DNA of 64,000 bases from Alphaproteobacteria bacterium (GTDB lineage: Bacteria > Pseudomonadota > Alphaproteobacteria > SP197). The position numbers and the translations under genes are program-made. This document shows, piece by piece, positions 29,795 to 39,080 of this stretch. The DNA lies in contig OZ245842.1 in assembly GCA_965228895.1 (NCBI GenBank), forward strand, positions 5,408,001 to 5,472,000, written 5' to 3'. How positions within the stretch are numbered: position 1 is the first letter of the stretch; every line of letters starts with the position of its first letter. Under the pieces are notes generated by a model, which was given only the letters and a program-made list of their open reading frames with translations, ran no database searches and was not told where the DNA came from.

Positions 29795-30964
29795 ATGCCG
29801 CTATTTGCCGCCTTTCCGGAAGCTGAACATCGCGCGCGGCTGGCCCGCGCGCGCCATGTGCTGCGCGAGGCCGGTTTCGAAATCGCCGTCGTCATGGCGC
29901 CGGAGCATCTGTTCTATCTGGGCGGCTACGACAGCTGGGTTGCCGTCAACAGTCCGCAGGCGATGATCTTCGGTCTTGCCGACGACGACGAACCGGTCAT
30001 CGTCGTGCGCAACGTCGATCTCTCTCTCGTGACCGAGACATCCTGGGTCCGCGACATCCGCACCTATCATCTTCATGTCGACGATCCCATGGCGACCATT
30101 GCGGCGGCGGCGGAGGAAAAGGGCCTGCGCGACGGGCCGGTCGCGATCGAGACACAGTCTTACGTGGTGACCCGGGCGCTGGCCGAACGGCTCCAAGAGG
30201 CGCTGTCGCCGGCACCGCTCCGTGACGCGACCGAAGTGCTGGGCAGGCTTCGCTGGCTGAAGTCCGACCTTGAGATCGCCGCGCTGCGCCGGGCCGCCGG
30301 CTATGCCGAAGCGGGCCTTGAGGCTGCCCGGCGCACCCTTCGGCCTGGAATCACCGAGGTTGCCCTAGCCGCTGAGATCGAGGCGGCGATGCGCCGGTCG
30401 GGCAGCGACTTTTGGGCGATTCCGACGGAACTCACCTCCGGCAACCGTAACGCGGGCGGCCATGGCACGCCGAGGCTACGGGTCATCGAACCCGGCGACC
30501 TCGTGCATATGGAGTTCGCCGGCGTCGACCGGCGCTATCACGCGGTGGCGATTTCGACCATGGCGGCTGGCGAGCCGGACCGCGAGGACCGCGACCTCTA
30601 TGAGCTCACCCGGGCCTCGCTGGCCGCGGGTATGGCAGCGATCCAGCCCGGCGTGCCGGTAGCCGACGTCGAGGAGGCGTCGCTTGAGCCGTTGCACGCC
30701 GCCGGGCTGGCCGACGCGGCGATGATGCGCTTTGGCTACGGCATCGGCATTGCCTACCCGCCGGTCTGGCTCGAGACCCTGCAGATCAGCCGGGGCATCG
30801 ATCAACGCCTGGAACCCGGCATGGTGTTTGTCCTCCATGCCTGCCTCGCCCTGCCGGACCAGCAACGCGGCACCATTCAAGGCGGCACCTGGATGCTCGG
30901 CGAGGCCGGCCTGGAGATGCTCGTCGGCCCGGGCGATGTCGCGCTGGAGGTCGTGGCGGGGTAG
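29795..30964 (+). CDS. M24 (pita-bread) hydrolase, ectoine hydrolase DoeA/creatinase-like
   Basis: EHLFYLGGYD, KSDLEI, MEFAG..RRYH, GYGIGIAYPPVW; canonical prolidase metal ligands absent. Confidence 0.8.
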   Translation: MPLFAAFPEAEHRARLARARHVLREAGFEIAVVMAPEHLFYLGGYDSWVAVNSPQAMIFGLADDDEPVIVVRNVDLSLVTETSWVRDIRTYHLHVDDPMATIAAAAEEKGLRDGPVAIETQSYVVTRALAERLQEALSPAPLRDATEVLGRLRWLKSDLEIAALRRAAGYAEAGLEAARRTLRPGITEVALAAEIEAAMRRSGSDFWAIPTELTSGNRNAGGHGTPRLRVIEPGDLVHMEFAGVDRRYHAVAISTMAAGEPDREDRDLYELTRASLAAGMAAIQPGVPVADVEEASLEPLHAAGLADAAMMRFGYGIGIAYPPVWLETLQISRGIDQRLEPGMVFVLHACLALPDQQRGTIQGGTWMLGEAGLEMLVGPGDVALEVVAG

Positions 30965-30970
30965 ATTATA

Positions 30971-31008
30971 TGCTGCAGAATTGCAGCAGTTGATGGCGAT
31001 TCGCAGCA
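30971..31008. promoter_or_regulatory. Putative tandem enhancer (UAS) sites
   Basis: TGCTGCA-GAAT-TGCAGCA followed by the degenerate TGATG-N8-CAGCA at 20-bp period. Confidence 0.6.
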
Positions 31009-31050
31009 TAAAATGGGCCGTGTGATACTCGGTGCCGATGGCGACCAGTT

Positions 31051-31063
31051 TAAACCTTTGATT
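31051..31063 (-). promoter_or_regulatory. IHF binding site
   Basis: AATCAAAGGTTTA matches WATCAANNNNTTR, with an adjacent A/T tract. Confidence 0.7.
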
Positions 31064-31091
31064 TCTAATAAGAAAAAATTTCGTTCCCGAA

Positions 31092-31107
31092 TGGCATCGC
31101 CCTTGCA
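31092..31107 (+). promoter_or_regulatory. sigma54 -24/-12 promoter
   Basis: TGGCAT-CGCCC-TTGCA. Confidence 0.8.
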
Positions 31108-31180
31108 ACGATGAGGGCGGGAAGCACTGCCGCCAAGAGACCGATCAAGGGTTCCGGCGGAGAAGGGAACTGGGAGACAC

Positions 31181-32536
31181 GTGACGGGCGCCAATACGCC
31201 GACGTCGGCCAGCGACGACCTGACCGAGCAACTGACCGAGCGCGGCGTGCGCACGGTGCACGTGGTGATTCCTGATCTTGACGGTAGCCTGAGGGAACGC
31301 CGGCTGGCCCCCGGCGACCTCACCGCCGTGTTCGGCGATGACGGCAGCTTCGTCAACGTGTTGCACAAGTGGGATACCGCCGATGCGGTCTATCGCGACG
31401 GCCCGTTTGTCGGCGAGGCCATGCGGATCGACACCGCGTCGCTGCGCGATTATCCGTTTGAAGACAATGCCGCCCTGGTCTTCGCCGACTATGCCGGCAT
31501 TTCGGCGCCGCTCAGCCCGCGTGAGGTCCTGAAGACCCAGATCGCCCGCGCCGATGCCATGGGCTACGCGGTGAATACGGCGCTGGAGTTCGAGTTCATC
31601 GTCATCGACGAGACCGGCGAAAGTCTGCGTGAAAAGGGCTGGGAAGGCTTCGACACCTATGCGGTCGACAACCGCTGCTGGTCGGCGCAGTCGGCGGCGA
31701 TCTATGCGGATCTGGTGGCCGAACTGGAAACTGTCTTGGAGCGTGCGGGGGTCGGCCTGTTCGGCCTGGGCCTGGAACTGGGCGCCGGCTGTTTCGAAGG
31801 CACCTTGCGCGCGACCGATGCGCTGCGTGCGGCCGACGAAGCCGTCCTGTTCAAGACCTTCACCAAGGCATTCGCGCGGCGCAACGGCCTCACGGCAAGT
31901 TTCATGGCGCAGCTCTCGGCCAACTTTCCGGGACTGTCGGGCCATGTCCATCTGTCGCTCGCCGACAAAGAGGACGGCCAGAACCTGTTTCATGACGCCG
32001 CCGATAGCGACGGTATGAGTGCGCTCATGCGCCACGGCATTGCCGGCCTGGTCGACCTGACGCCCGATGCCTTGGCGCTGGCCGCCCATACGGTCAACGC
32101 CTGGCGCCGGCTGACGCCGGGTAACTGGGCGCCGCGCACCGCTACATGGGCGATCCAGAACTATGCCGTCGCCGTGCGCGCGGTACCGGTGCCGGAAACG
32201 GCGGCGAGGCTGGAGTATCGCCTGCCGGCCGCCGACACCAACCCCTATCTGGCGATTGCGCTGACGCTGGGCGCCGCGCTCGACGGCATCGAGAACGCCA
32301 CGGCATTGCCTGCGCCGATGGCCGGTGGCGGGCCCGACGAGACGCCGGAGGACATGCCCGGCCTGCCCCATGATCTCTTGGAGGCTGCCGATCGTTTGGA
32401 TGCCAGTCAGAAGGCGCGCGCGATCTTCGGCGATGCCTTCATCGACTACTTCGTCGCCAGCCGCCGCCGTGAAGAGGCGGTGCTGCGTCGCCATGTCAGC
32501 GCATTCGAACGCGCGCGTTACATTGAGGCCGTTTGA
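31181..32536 (+). CDS. Glutamine synthetase-like gamma-glutamyl ligase A (divergent active site)
   Basis: PDLDGSLR, LEFEF, SGHVHLS, RLEYR..ADTNPYL; NY in place of NR. Confidence 0.85.
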   Translation: MTGANTPTSASDDLTEQLTERGVRTVHVVIPDLDGSLRERRLAPGDLTAVFGDDGSFVNVLHKWDTADAVYRDGPFVGEAMRIDTASLRDYPFEDNAALVFADYAGISAPLSPREVLKTQIARADAMGYAVNTALEFEFIVIDETGESLREKGWEGFDTYAVDNRCWSAQSAAIYADLVAELETVLERAGVGLFGLGLELGAGCFEGTLRATDALRAADEAVLFKTFTKAFARRNGLTASFMAQLSANFPGLSGHVHLSLADKEDGQNLFHDAADSDGMSALMRHGIAGLVDLTPDALALAAHTVNAWRRLTPGNWAPRTATWAIQNYAVAVRAVPVPETAARLEYRLPAADTNPYLAIALTLGAALDGIENATALPAPMAGGGPDETPEDMPGLPHDLLEAADRLDASQKARAIFGDAFIDYFVASRRREEAVLRRHVSAFERARYIEAV

Positions 32537-32555
32537 ATGCTCAGGAGACGATCAC

Positions 32556-34022
32556 GTGCTTGAAGTCGATGCCTATGCCCAGGCTCCCGGGCGGGATGAG
32601 TTGATCGCCGAAGTCCGCGCCAAGATCAACGAGCTCGGGATCGATTTCATCTACTATCAGTATATCTCGATCACCGGTCGCATCATGGGCAAGGCAGCCC
32701 CCGCGCCGCACTGGGAAGCGATGGCCATGAGCGGCATCCAGACCTGGTATGGCGGCGTGACGAATGTGTTTCCCAACCGTGCCGGCGAACTGCTGGGTTT
32801 TCCATCGAATGCCCACGAGCTGATCGCGATCCCCGATCCCGACACCTTTTGTCAGTTGCCCTGGAACAAGCGTACGGCGCGTGTCTATTGCACGGTGTTT
32901 TATGGCCGCCAGCAGGAAGGCAACCCCGGCGGTTTCATGGAAGAGGACGCGCGCGGCAATCTGCGCCGCGTCCACCAGCAGTTCATGGACGACCACGACG
33001 GCATGCATCTGCGCCACGGTTGCGAGCCCGAGATGTGCTGGCTGAAAAAGGGCGAGGACGGCATGCCCGACGGCGGGCCGACCAAACCCTATGCCTATCA
33101 CATCGACCAGTTCGAAGAACTGAGCTCGGTCTATATGAAGGTCATCGACTACGGCCAGCAGATGGGTCTCGACATGATCCAGGGCGATCACGAGGACGCG
33201 CCGGGTCAGCTTGAGCTCAACTTCATGTTCGACGACGCGCTTCGGACCTGCGACCGGTTGACCACCTACCGGCAGATTTGCGCCCAGGTCGCGCGCGAGG
33301 AGGGTCTGATCGCCTGCTTCCTGGCCAAGACCTTCATGGGCATGCCGGCCAATGGTTGCCATCACAACATGTCCCTGTGGCGCGGCGGCGATGACGAACT
33401 GGTGGCCCGTGTCGACGAGCCGCTGCCGGGCGTAAAGGATGTCTTCCATCACCGCAAGGGCGGCGAGAACCTGCTGCTTGGCGAGCCCGGTGACTGGATG
33501 CCCGGACCGGTCGGCCGCCAGGCCATCGGCGGCATGATGGCGCATCTGCCGGCACTGACCGCGATCGGCGCGTCGACGGTGAATTCCTACCGTCGGATGC
33601 TGGACCTCGGCATGTGGGCGCCGGTCTATGCCGACTGGGGTTACCAGAACCGCACGACCTCGCTGCGCGTTTCCGCGCCCGGCCGGTTCGAGTTCCGCGC
33701 CGTCGACTCCATGGTCAATCCGTATTTGATGGCCGCTGCGCTTCTGAAGTCGTTCGACGACGGCATCCGAAACGACATCGACCCCGGCGAGCCGGAACAC
33801 CGCAACATCTATGACGCCATGGAAGCCGGCAAGGAGGTCAAGCGCCTGCCGCGCTATTTCGGCGAAGCGCTCGACGCGCTGGCCGCCGATGAGGTGATCA
33901 AGTCGGCGCTGCCCGGCCGGCTTTACGAGATCTATATGGAGTACAAGACTGACGAGTGGGACAGGTTCAACGCCGAAGTCAGCGAATGGGACCTGAAAAC
34001 GTACCTGGACTGCCTGCCTTAG
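32556..34022 (+). CDS. Glutamine synthetase-like gamma-glutamyl ligase B (GmaS-related motifs)
   Basis: CEPEM, DHEDAPGQLE, NGCHHNMS, NSYRR, NRTTSLR, RFEFR; AGGAG RBS before GTG. Confidence 0.88.
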   Translation: MLEVDAYAQAPGRDELIAEVRAKINELGIDFIYYQYISITGRIMGKAAPAPHWEAMAMSGIQTWYGGVTNVFPNRAGELLGFPSNAHELIAIPDPDTFCQLPWNKRTARVYCTVFYGRQQEGNPGGFMEEDARGNLRRVHQQFMDDHDGMHLRHGCEPEMCWLKKGEDGMPDGGPTKPYAYHIDQFEELSSVYMKVIDYGQQMGLDMIQGDHEDAPGQLELNFMFDDALRTCDRLTTYRQICAQVAREEGLIACFLAKTFMGMPANGCHHNMSLWRGGDDELVARVDEPLPGVKDVFHHRKGGENLLLGEPGDWMPGPVGRQAIGGMMAHLPALTAIGASTVNSYRRMLDLGMWAPVYADWGYQNRTTSLRVSAPGRFEFRAVDSMVNPYLMAAALLKSFDDGIRNDIDPGEPEHRNIYDAMEAGKEVKRLPRYFGEALDALAADEVIKSALPGRLYEIYMEYKTDEWDRFNAEVSEWDLKTYLDCLP

Positions 34023-34082
34023 AGCGGGTCGTGGTTATGTGGAACCGGTTGACGGTTCCACATAACCACGTGAATCCGCTCT
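34020..34082. repeat. Inverted-repeat element (CIR/BRU-RS-like), copy 1
   Basis: AGAGCGG/CCGCTCT termini; perfect 18-bp stem 34030-34047/34053-34070. Confidence 0.7.
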
Positions 34083-34093
34083 CACTCTATGAG

Positions 34094-34157
34094 TAGGGCA
34101 GATTCACCTTTCTTGACGGAATCGCGAAGCGATTCCATCAAAGCAGGATCTGCCCTA
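34094..34157. repeat. Inverted-repeat element (CIR/BRU-RS-like), copy 2
   Basis: TAGGGCAGAT/ATCTGCCCTA termini; inner GGAATCGC-GAA-GCGATTCC hairpin. Confidence 0.7.
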
Positions 34158-34178
34158 GAGGCGTGACGGAGACCCCTG

Positions 34179-35042
34179 ATGATTGAGCTTAGCCAAGAAC
34201 AAATCGACCGTTTCAACGACGACGGATTCCTGTTCGTCGACAACCTGATCGATGAAGAAACCGCTGAAGAGATCAAGCAGCACTATGAGCTGATGTTCCG
34301 TGGCAACTTCGAAACGGGCATTCGGCCGGACGAGGTGAATTGGCAGGAGAGCACCGGCGATCCCAGCCTGACACGTCAGATCTGCAATGGCTGGAAAGGC
34401 GATCGCGCCATCGCCCGCGTTGTCTTGCGCGAGGATATCGGCCGTGCCTGTGCGACCCTCGGCGGTTGGCCGGGCGCGCGCATCAAGGTCGACAACGTCT
34501 TGTGGAAGCCGCCGGGCACGCGCCCGCTTGGCATGCACCAGGACTCCGCCTATCTCGCCTGGATCAATCCCTCCGACATGATCAGCTGCTGGATCGCGCT
34601 TGATGACACCAGCTCGGAGAGCGGCACCATGGAACTGGTCCGCGGCAGCCACAAGTGGCGCCATGCCAAGCCGGAGGGAGAGTTTCACGGTCCCGAGGAC
34701 TACCAGAAATACATGCGTCAGGCGGCAGCGGCAGAGGGTATTGATGAACCGGACGTCGTGCCGGTTGTCGCCAAGAAAGGCGGCGGTTCGTTCCATCACG
34801 GCTGGACGTGGCATGGGTCCGGTTTCAACCGTGCGACTTATCCGCGGCGGTCACTGGTCTCACACTGCATCTCGTCGGACGCCGAGTATGTACCGGAAAA
34901 CATTGGAACCGGTACTGGTCCGATGTACGGCCGTTACATGCATCGCGGTGATCGCGTGATGGAGGAAGACTACTTCCCGATCCTGTGGACACGCGACGGC
35001 CACCGCTCGGCCTGGATCGACGGCTGGCTTGGCGCTGCCTGA
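34179..35042 (+). CDS. PhyH-family Fe(II)/2-oxoglutarate dioxygenase
   Basis: FNDDGF, HQD, WIALDD, GSHKW, HGS..N..RR. Confidence 0.9.
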   Translation: MIELSQEQIDRFNDDGFLFVDNLIDEETAEEIKQHYELMFRGNFETGIRPDEVNWQESTGDPSLTRQICNGWKGDRAIARVVLREDIGRACATLGGWPGARIKVDNVLWKPPGTRPLGMHQDSAYLAWINPSDMISCWIALDDTSSESGTMELVRGSHKWRHAKPEGEFHGPEDYQKYMRQAAAAEGIDEPDVVPVVAKKGGGSFHHGWTWHGSGFNRATYPRRSLVSHCISSDAEYVPENIGTGTGPMYGRYMHRGDRVMEEDYFPILWTRDGHRSAWIDGWLGAA

Positions 35043-35045
35043 ACG

Positions 35046-36242
35046 ATGACGCAGCGCGCCGATCACGATAACCGGTACACGCTGTTCGACAGCGTGCCGA
35101 TGATGTGTGACGTGATCGGTGCCGACGGACGCTTGCTGGCGGCCAACCGCTACCAGACGGATGCCTTAGGCTATGCGCCGGGGACACTGGACGGTATGCC
35201 GCTCGCCAACGTTTATGCCGCTTCGGCGGCGGACCTCCTTCAACGCCAGCTTGAGGATGCGGCGGCGGGCGATCTGGGCAACGAGGAAGGCGTGCCGCTG
35301 CAGCTTCGTTGCCGTAACCGCTCGCTGGTCAACGTCTTGGCCAACATTGCACGGGACCGCAACGCGATGGGCGCGCCGTTGCTGAGGCTCGCCAAGTCGC
35401 GGCCGAACGAAACGACTCTGCGTGCTGAATCGATGGCGCGTGAGAACACCGTGCTGCGCGGCATTGTCGGAACCGCAAGCGATGCCTGCTGGTGCATCGA
35501 ATACGCCGAGCCGCTTGATCTGAGCGCGCCGGAATCGGAGGTTTTGCGCCAGTTCTTCGAGAACGTTTCTTATTGGCGGCTGTGCAACGAGGCGATGGCA
35601 AAGCTCTACAAGCTTCCCGCCGACCTCGACTTCAACGAGCAGAGCGTTCGTTTCTATTTTCCGCACAGCCCGGCCAACGAGGAGTTCGTCAAGAACCTCA
35701 TTGCAGCCAACTTCAACCTCGACAACGCCTTGTCGGTCGACCAGCGCCATGACGGTACTGCCATGTATGTCGAGAACGACGTGCGCGCCCATATTCGCGA
35801 CAGCAAGCTTTACCGGTTGTGGGGAACGGCGCGCGATATCTCCGGCTACAAGCGTAAGGAGCACGAGCTGACGCGTCGGGTCGACGACATGGTCGATGTG
35901 CTGAGCGCCGTGCCCGATCCCATTCTGGTGTTGGACGGCGACGGCCGGCTTGAGGCCGCGAACCCGGCGCTTGAGGCGGCACTTGGCTGGTCGATCGACG
36001 CCGCGTTGGGTACGGGAATCGATGACATCATCACCTTTGACGGCGGGTTCATGGCCGTCGCCGGCAGGCTTAACACCGGCACCGACGGTTTGCGCCTGCA
36101 GGTCGCGGTCACCGATACCGCCGGCGTCTCGCGCGCCTGTGACGTGACCCTGACACGGATTGACGAAGGCGGCACCGCGCCGCGCTACGTCGCGACGTTG
36201 CACGGTCTTGAGACCAATCTCGCCGTAGCGGGTGGATCATGA
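35046..36242 (+). CDS. Multi-PAS protein without an output domain
   Basis: PAS starts at FDSVP..DVIGADG..AAN and LSAVPDPILVLDGDG..AAN, plus a central PAS-like block ending GTARDIS. Confidence 0.7.
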   Translation: MTQRADHDNRYTLFDSVPMMCDVIGADGRLLAANRYQTDALGYAPGTLDGMPLANVYAASAADLLQRQLEDAAAGDLGNEEGVPLQLRCRNRSLVNVLANIARDRNAMGAPLLRLAKSRPNETTLRAESMARENTVLRGIVGTASDACWCIEYAEPLDLSAPESEVLRQFFENVSYWRLCNEAMAKLYKLPADLDFNEQSVRFYFPHSPANEEFVKNLIAANFNLDNALSVDQRHDGTAMYVENDVRAHIRDSKLYRLWGTARDISGYKRKEHELTRRVDDMVDVLSAVPDPILVLDGDGRLEAANPALEAALGWSIDAALGTGIDDIITFDGGFMAVAGRLNTGTDGLRLQVAVTDTAGVSRACDVTLTRIDEGGTAPRYVATLHGLETNLAVAGGS

Positions 36243-37684
36243 GATTTCGCGCGCTCGAGATAGGCCATACGCCGGACGGCGCGCCACCGGCCGAGCTGCT
36301 GGCTGCGCTCGCCGAACCGGCGGTCGGGGCTATCGCCGATGCGATGCCGGATGCGCTGATGGCTGTCGATGGTGCCGGCATTGTCGTGCTCGCCAATCGC
36401 GCGGCTGAAAGCGTCCACGGTTTGAAACGTGCCGATCTGATGGGAAGCAGTCTGGCCGAATTGGCTGAGACCAGCGCGCTCGACTGTACGGAACTGGTCG
36501 ACACCTTTCATAACAACACCCGCGCTGACCTCTACGCGACGACGGCGGATGGTCGCGCCATGCTGATATCGGTCAGGCCGGTCCGCGACCGCCGGCGCGA
36601 CACGGTCTTTACGTTGTTTGTCATGCGTGATCTCGACGTCATCGATCACCAGCGCAACGCCGGTGCGCCGCGGCCGGGCCAGGAGCGTTTTCGGTTCCGC
36701 AACACCAAACCGACGGATGCGACCCCGGTCGATCACATGGTGACCAGTGCTGAGCTGGAAGCTGTTATTGCTTATGGCGAGCGCGCGATGGCGCGCCGCG
36801 CGCGTGTTCTGCTGACTGGCGAGTCCGGCACCGGCAAGACTGAGATCGCCAAACACCTGCACAGCCTTGTTTGCGGCGATGCCCGGCCGTTCGTCCACGT
36901 TAACTGTGGCAGCATTCCCGAGAGCCTGTTCGAATCGGAGATGTTCGGCTACGAACGCGGTTCGTTCACCGGCGCGCTGCAGGGTGGCAAGAAGGGTCTG
37001 ATCGAGAACGCCGGCGGCGGCACGCTGTTCCTCGATGAGGTCGGCGAGATCCCGTTGATGAGCCAGGCCAAGCTCCTGAACTTCCTGGAGGACGGAACGG
37101 TACAGCGTATCGGCGCGGCGACCGCCAAGCGGGTCGATGTGCGCGTCATCGCCGCGACGAACCGCGACCTCGACCTGATGGTCGACGAAGGCCGTTTCCG
37201 CCGCGATCTCTATTTCCGTCTCAGCGTGATCGCCCTCGACGTGCCGCCGCTAAGAGGCTCCCGCGATCTGATCGCCAATCTGCTCGATCTCTTCGTGTCA
37301 CGCGTCAACAAGCAGCGCATGCCGCCGCTCCACCTCGATGATGCTTGCCGCGCGGCGTTGCTCGCACACGACTATCCCGGCAACATTCGCGAACTCGCGA
37401 ACATTGTCGAACACCTCTCCGTCGTGGCCGAGGGGGACGCGAGCCCGGCCGATCTGCCGCCATCGGTCACCGACAAAGAGATTGCCAGTTTTGTTGATCC
37501 GACTCGTGCGGGAACACCTCATGGTTTCCCGAACATTTCGCTGAAAGAGGAAGTCAGGGCCTACGAAACGCAACTTATCGGCGAAGCGATCAGGGTTCTC
37601 GGCAGCAAACGCAAGGCCGCGCGTGCATTGGGTGTCGATATCGGTACCGTGGTGCGCAAGACGCGGCGAGGATCCGGGCGTTGA
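36239..37684 (+). CDS. sigma54-dependent activator (PAS-AAA+-HTH)
   Basis: GESGTGKT, ESEMFGYERGSFTGA, LFLDE, FRRDLYFRL, PGNIREL, C-terminal HTH. Confidence 0.93.
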   Translation: MRFRALEIGHTPDGAPPAELLAALAEPAVGAIADAMPDALMAVDGAGIVVLANRAAESVHGLKRADLMGSSLAELAETSALDCTELVDTFHNNTRADLYATTADGRAMLISVRPVRDRRRDTVFTLFVMRDLDVIDHQRNAGAPRPGQERFRFRNTKPTDATPVDHMVTSAELEAVIAYGERAMARRARVLLTGESGTGKTEIAKHLHSLVCGDARPFVHVNCGSIPESLFESEMFGYERGSFTGALQGGKKGLIENAGGGTLFLDEVGEIPLMSQAKLLNFLEDGTVQRIGAATAKRVDVRVIAATNRDLDLMVDEGRFRRDLYFRLSVIALDVPPLRGSRDLIANLLDLFVSRVNKQRMPPLHLDDACRAALLAHDYPGNIRELANIVEHLSVVAEGDASPADLPPSVTDKEIASFVDPTRAGTPHGFPNISLKEEVRAYETQLIGEAIRVLGSKRKAARALGVDIGTVVRKTRRGSGR

Positions 37685-37895
37685 TACGCCATGGGTACGT
37701 GATGACTGGCGGCCGGTTGCGGCCGCCGTTCCGGGTCGTTGGCGCCCCGGCCGCTACTGAGCTGCGGACAACGCGTCATTTCAACGCCGCCCGTTCGGCG
37801 CTACAAGTAACCAATCCGGTGCAAGGCGGGGAACGCACCGGGCTTGACGGTCAACGCCGTTGGGCAACGACCAACATCCGCTAAGGAGGCTTTTC

Positions 37896-38966
37896 ATGAG
37901 GAACCTTTTATCAACTGTCGGCACCGCCGTCGCGGCGGCCTCGATTGCGCTGACCGGCCTGCCAATCAGCAATGCCTGGGCCGAAGGCGAACTGAACGTC
38001 TTGACCTGGGAAGGCTACACCGATCCCAGCTTTGTCGCGATTTTCGAGGATAAGACCGGCTGCAAGGTGACACCGACCTATGTCGGCTCGAACGACGAGT
38101 ATCCCGCGAAACTTGCGGGCGGCGGCGGCGTCTACGACCTCGTCTCGCCTTCGGTCGACACGACGACGATCTTGAGGAAGATGGGCGTCGTCGAGGAGAT
38201 CGACCTGTCGCGACTGGACGGTTTCGACAAGGTTTACGAGAACTTCCGCGACCATCCCGGCGTGACAAACGAAGGCGCGGTCTATGGCGTTCCGTTCACC
38301 TGGGGTTCGATTCCGTTCATGTACCGCGTCGACAGCTTCGATACGCCGCCGACGGCGTTTGCCGATCTGTTCGATCCTGGCCTCGAGGGCAAGGTCAGCT
38401 TGTGGGACGACAAGACCAACATCTATGTCGCTGCGCGCATGATGTTCGGCCCGGATGTCGATGTCTTCAATCTGAACGAAGACCAGCTTGCCCAGGTTCG
38501 CGACAAGCTGATCGAGATGAAGCCGCAGATCCGCAAGTACTGGTCGACGGCGGGTGAACTGGTCAACCTCTATGCCAATGGCGAGGTCACCGTCTCCAAC
38601 ACCTGGGGCGGTTATCAGTCAGCATTGTTGGCCGAGCAGGGCATCGAGATGGTCGAGTTCATTCCGACCGAGAATGCCGATGGTTGGGCCGACGCCTGGC
38701 AGATCGTCAAGGGCACGCCGAACGAAGATTGCGCCTACCAGTGGCTCAACTTTTCGCTCAGCGCGGATGGCCAGTGCGGCGTAGTCGGTATCACCGGCTA
38801 CTCCGGCTCCAATCCGGAGGCGCTCAAGACGTGCCTGACGGACGAAGAGTTTGCCGCGCTGCACCAGGACGATTTCGACTACATCAACTCGCTTGCCCTG
38901 TGGCAGGAGCCGGGTGATGTGGGCGCCTATATCGCCACCTGGAACGCGATCAAAGCGGCTCAGTAA
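37896..38966 (+). CDS. Polyamine-type ABC transporter substrate-binding protein (PotD/PotF-like)
   Basis: Signal peptide, LNVLTWEGY, YDLVSPS, VPFTWG; AAGGAGG RBS. Confidence 0.88.
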   Translation: MRNLLSTVGTAVAAASIALTGLPISNAWAEGELNVLTWEGYTDPSFVAIFEDKTGCKVTPTYVGSNDEYPAKLAGGGGVYDLVSPSVDTTTILRKMGVVEEIDLSRLDGFDKVYENFRDHPGVTNEGAVYGVPFTWGSIPFMYRVDSFDTPPTAFADLFDPGLEGKVSLWDDKTNIYVAARMMFGPDVDVFNLNEDQLAQVRDKLIEMKPQIRKYWSTAGELVNLYANGEVTVSNTWGGYQSALLAEQGIEMVEFIPTENADGWADAWQIVKGTPNEDCAYQWLNFSLSADGQCGVVGITGYSGSNPEALKTCLTDEEFAALHQDDFDYINSLALWQEPGDVGAYIATWNAIKAAQ

Positions 38967-38982
38967 CCGTCTGTTGTGTAGG

Positions 38983-39010
38983 CGGGGTCCGGTGATTGGG
39001 CCGGACCCCG
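38983..39010 (+). other. Intercistronic stem-loop after the binding-protein gene
   Basis: CGGGGTCCGGT-N6-GCCGGACCCCG. Confidence 0.55.
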
Positions 39011-39080
39011 TTCCGACCAGACCCATTTGGATTTGCTGCGCTGGGCATTCTTGGGAGCGCGCACCGAACATGCGGAAGCG

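Noticed and set aside
31181-34022. Calling these genes glnA, gmaS or puuA
   Set aside because: No adenylylation-type GSI context, no adjacent mgsABC or puuD, and motifs diverge, so no gene symbol was assigned.
34020-34157. Possible CRISPR array or ncRNA
   Set aside because: Only two dissimilar palindromic units, no repeat-spacer periodicity and no cas genes.
37707-37720. Possible second sigma54 promoter before the binding-protein gene (TGGCGGCCGGTTGC)
   Set aside because: GG-to-GC spacing is one base short of the strict -24/-12 rule.
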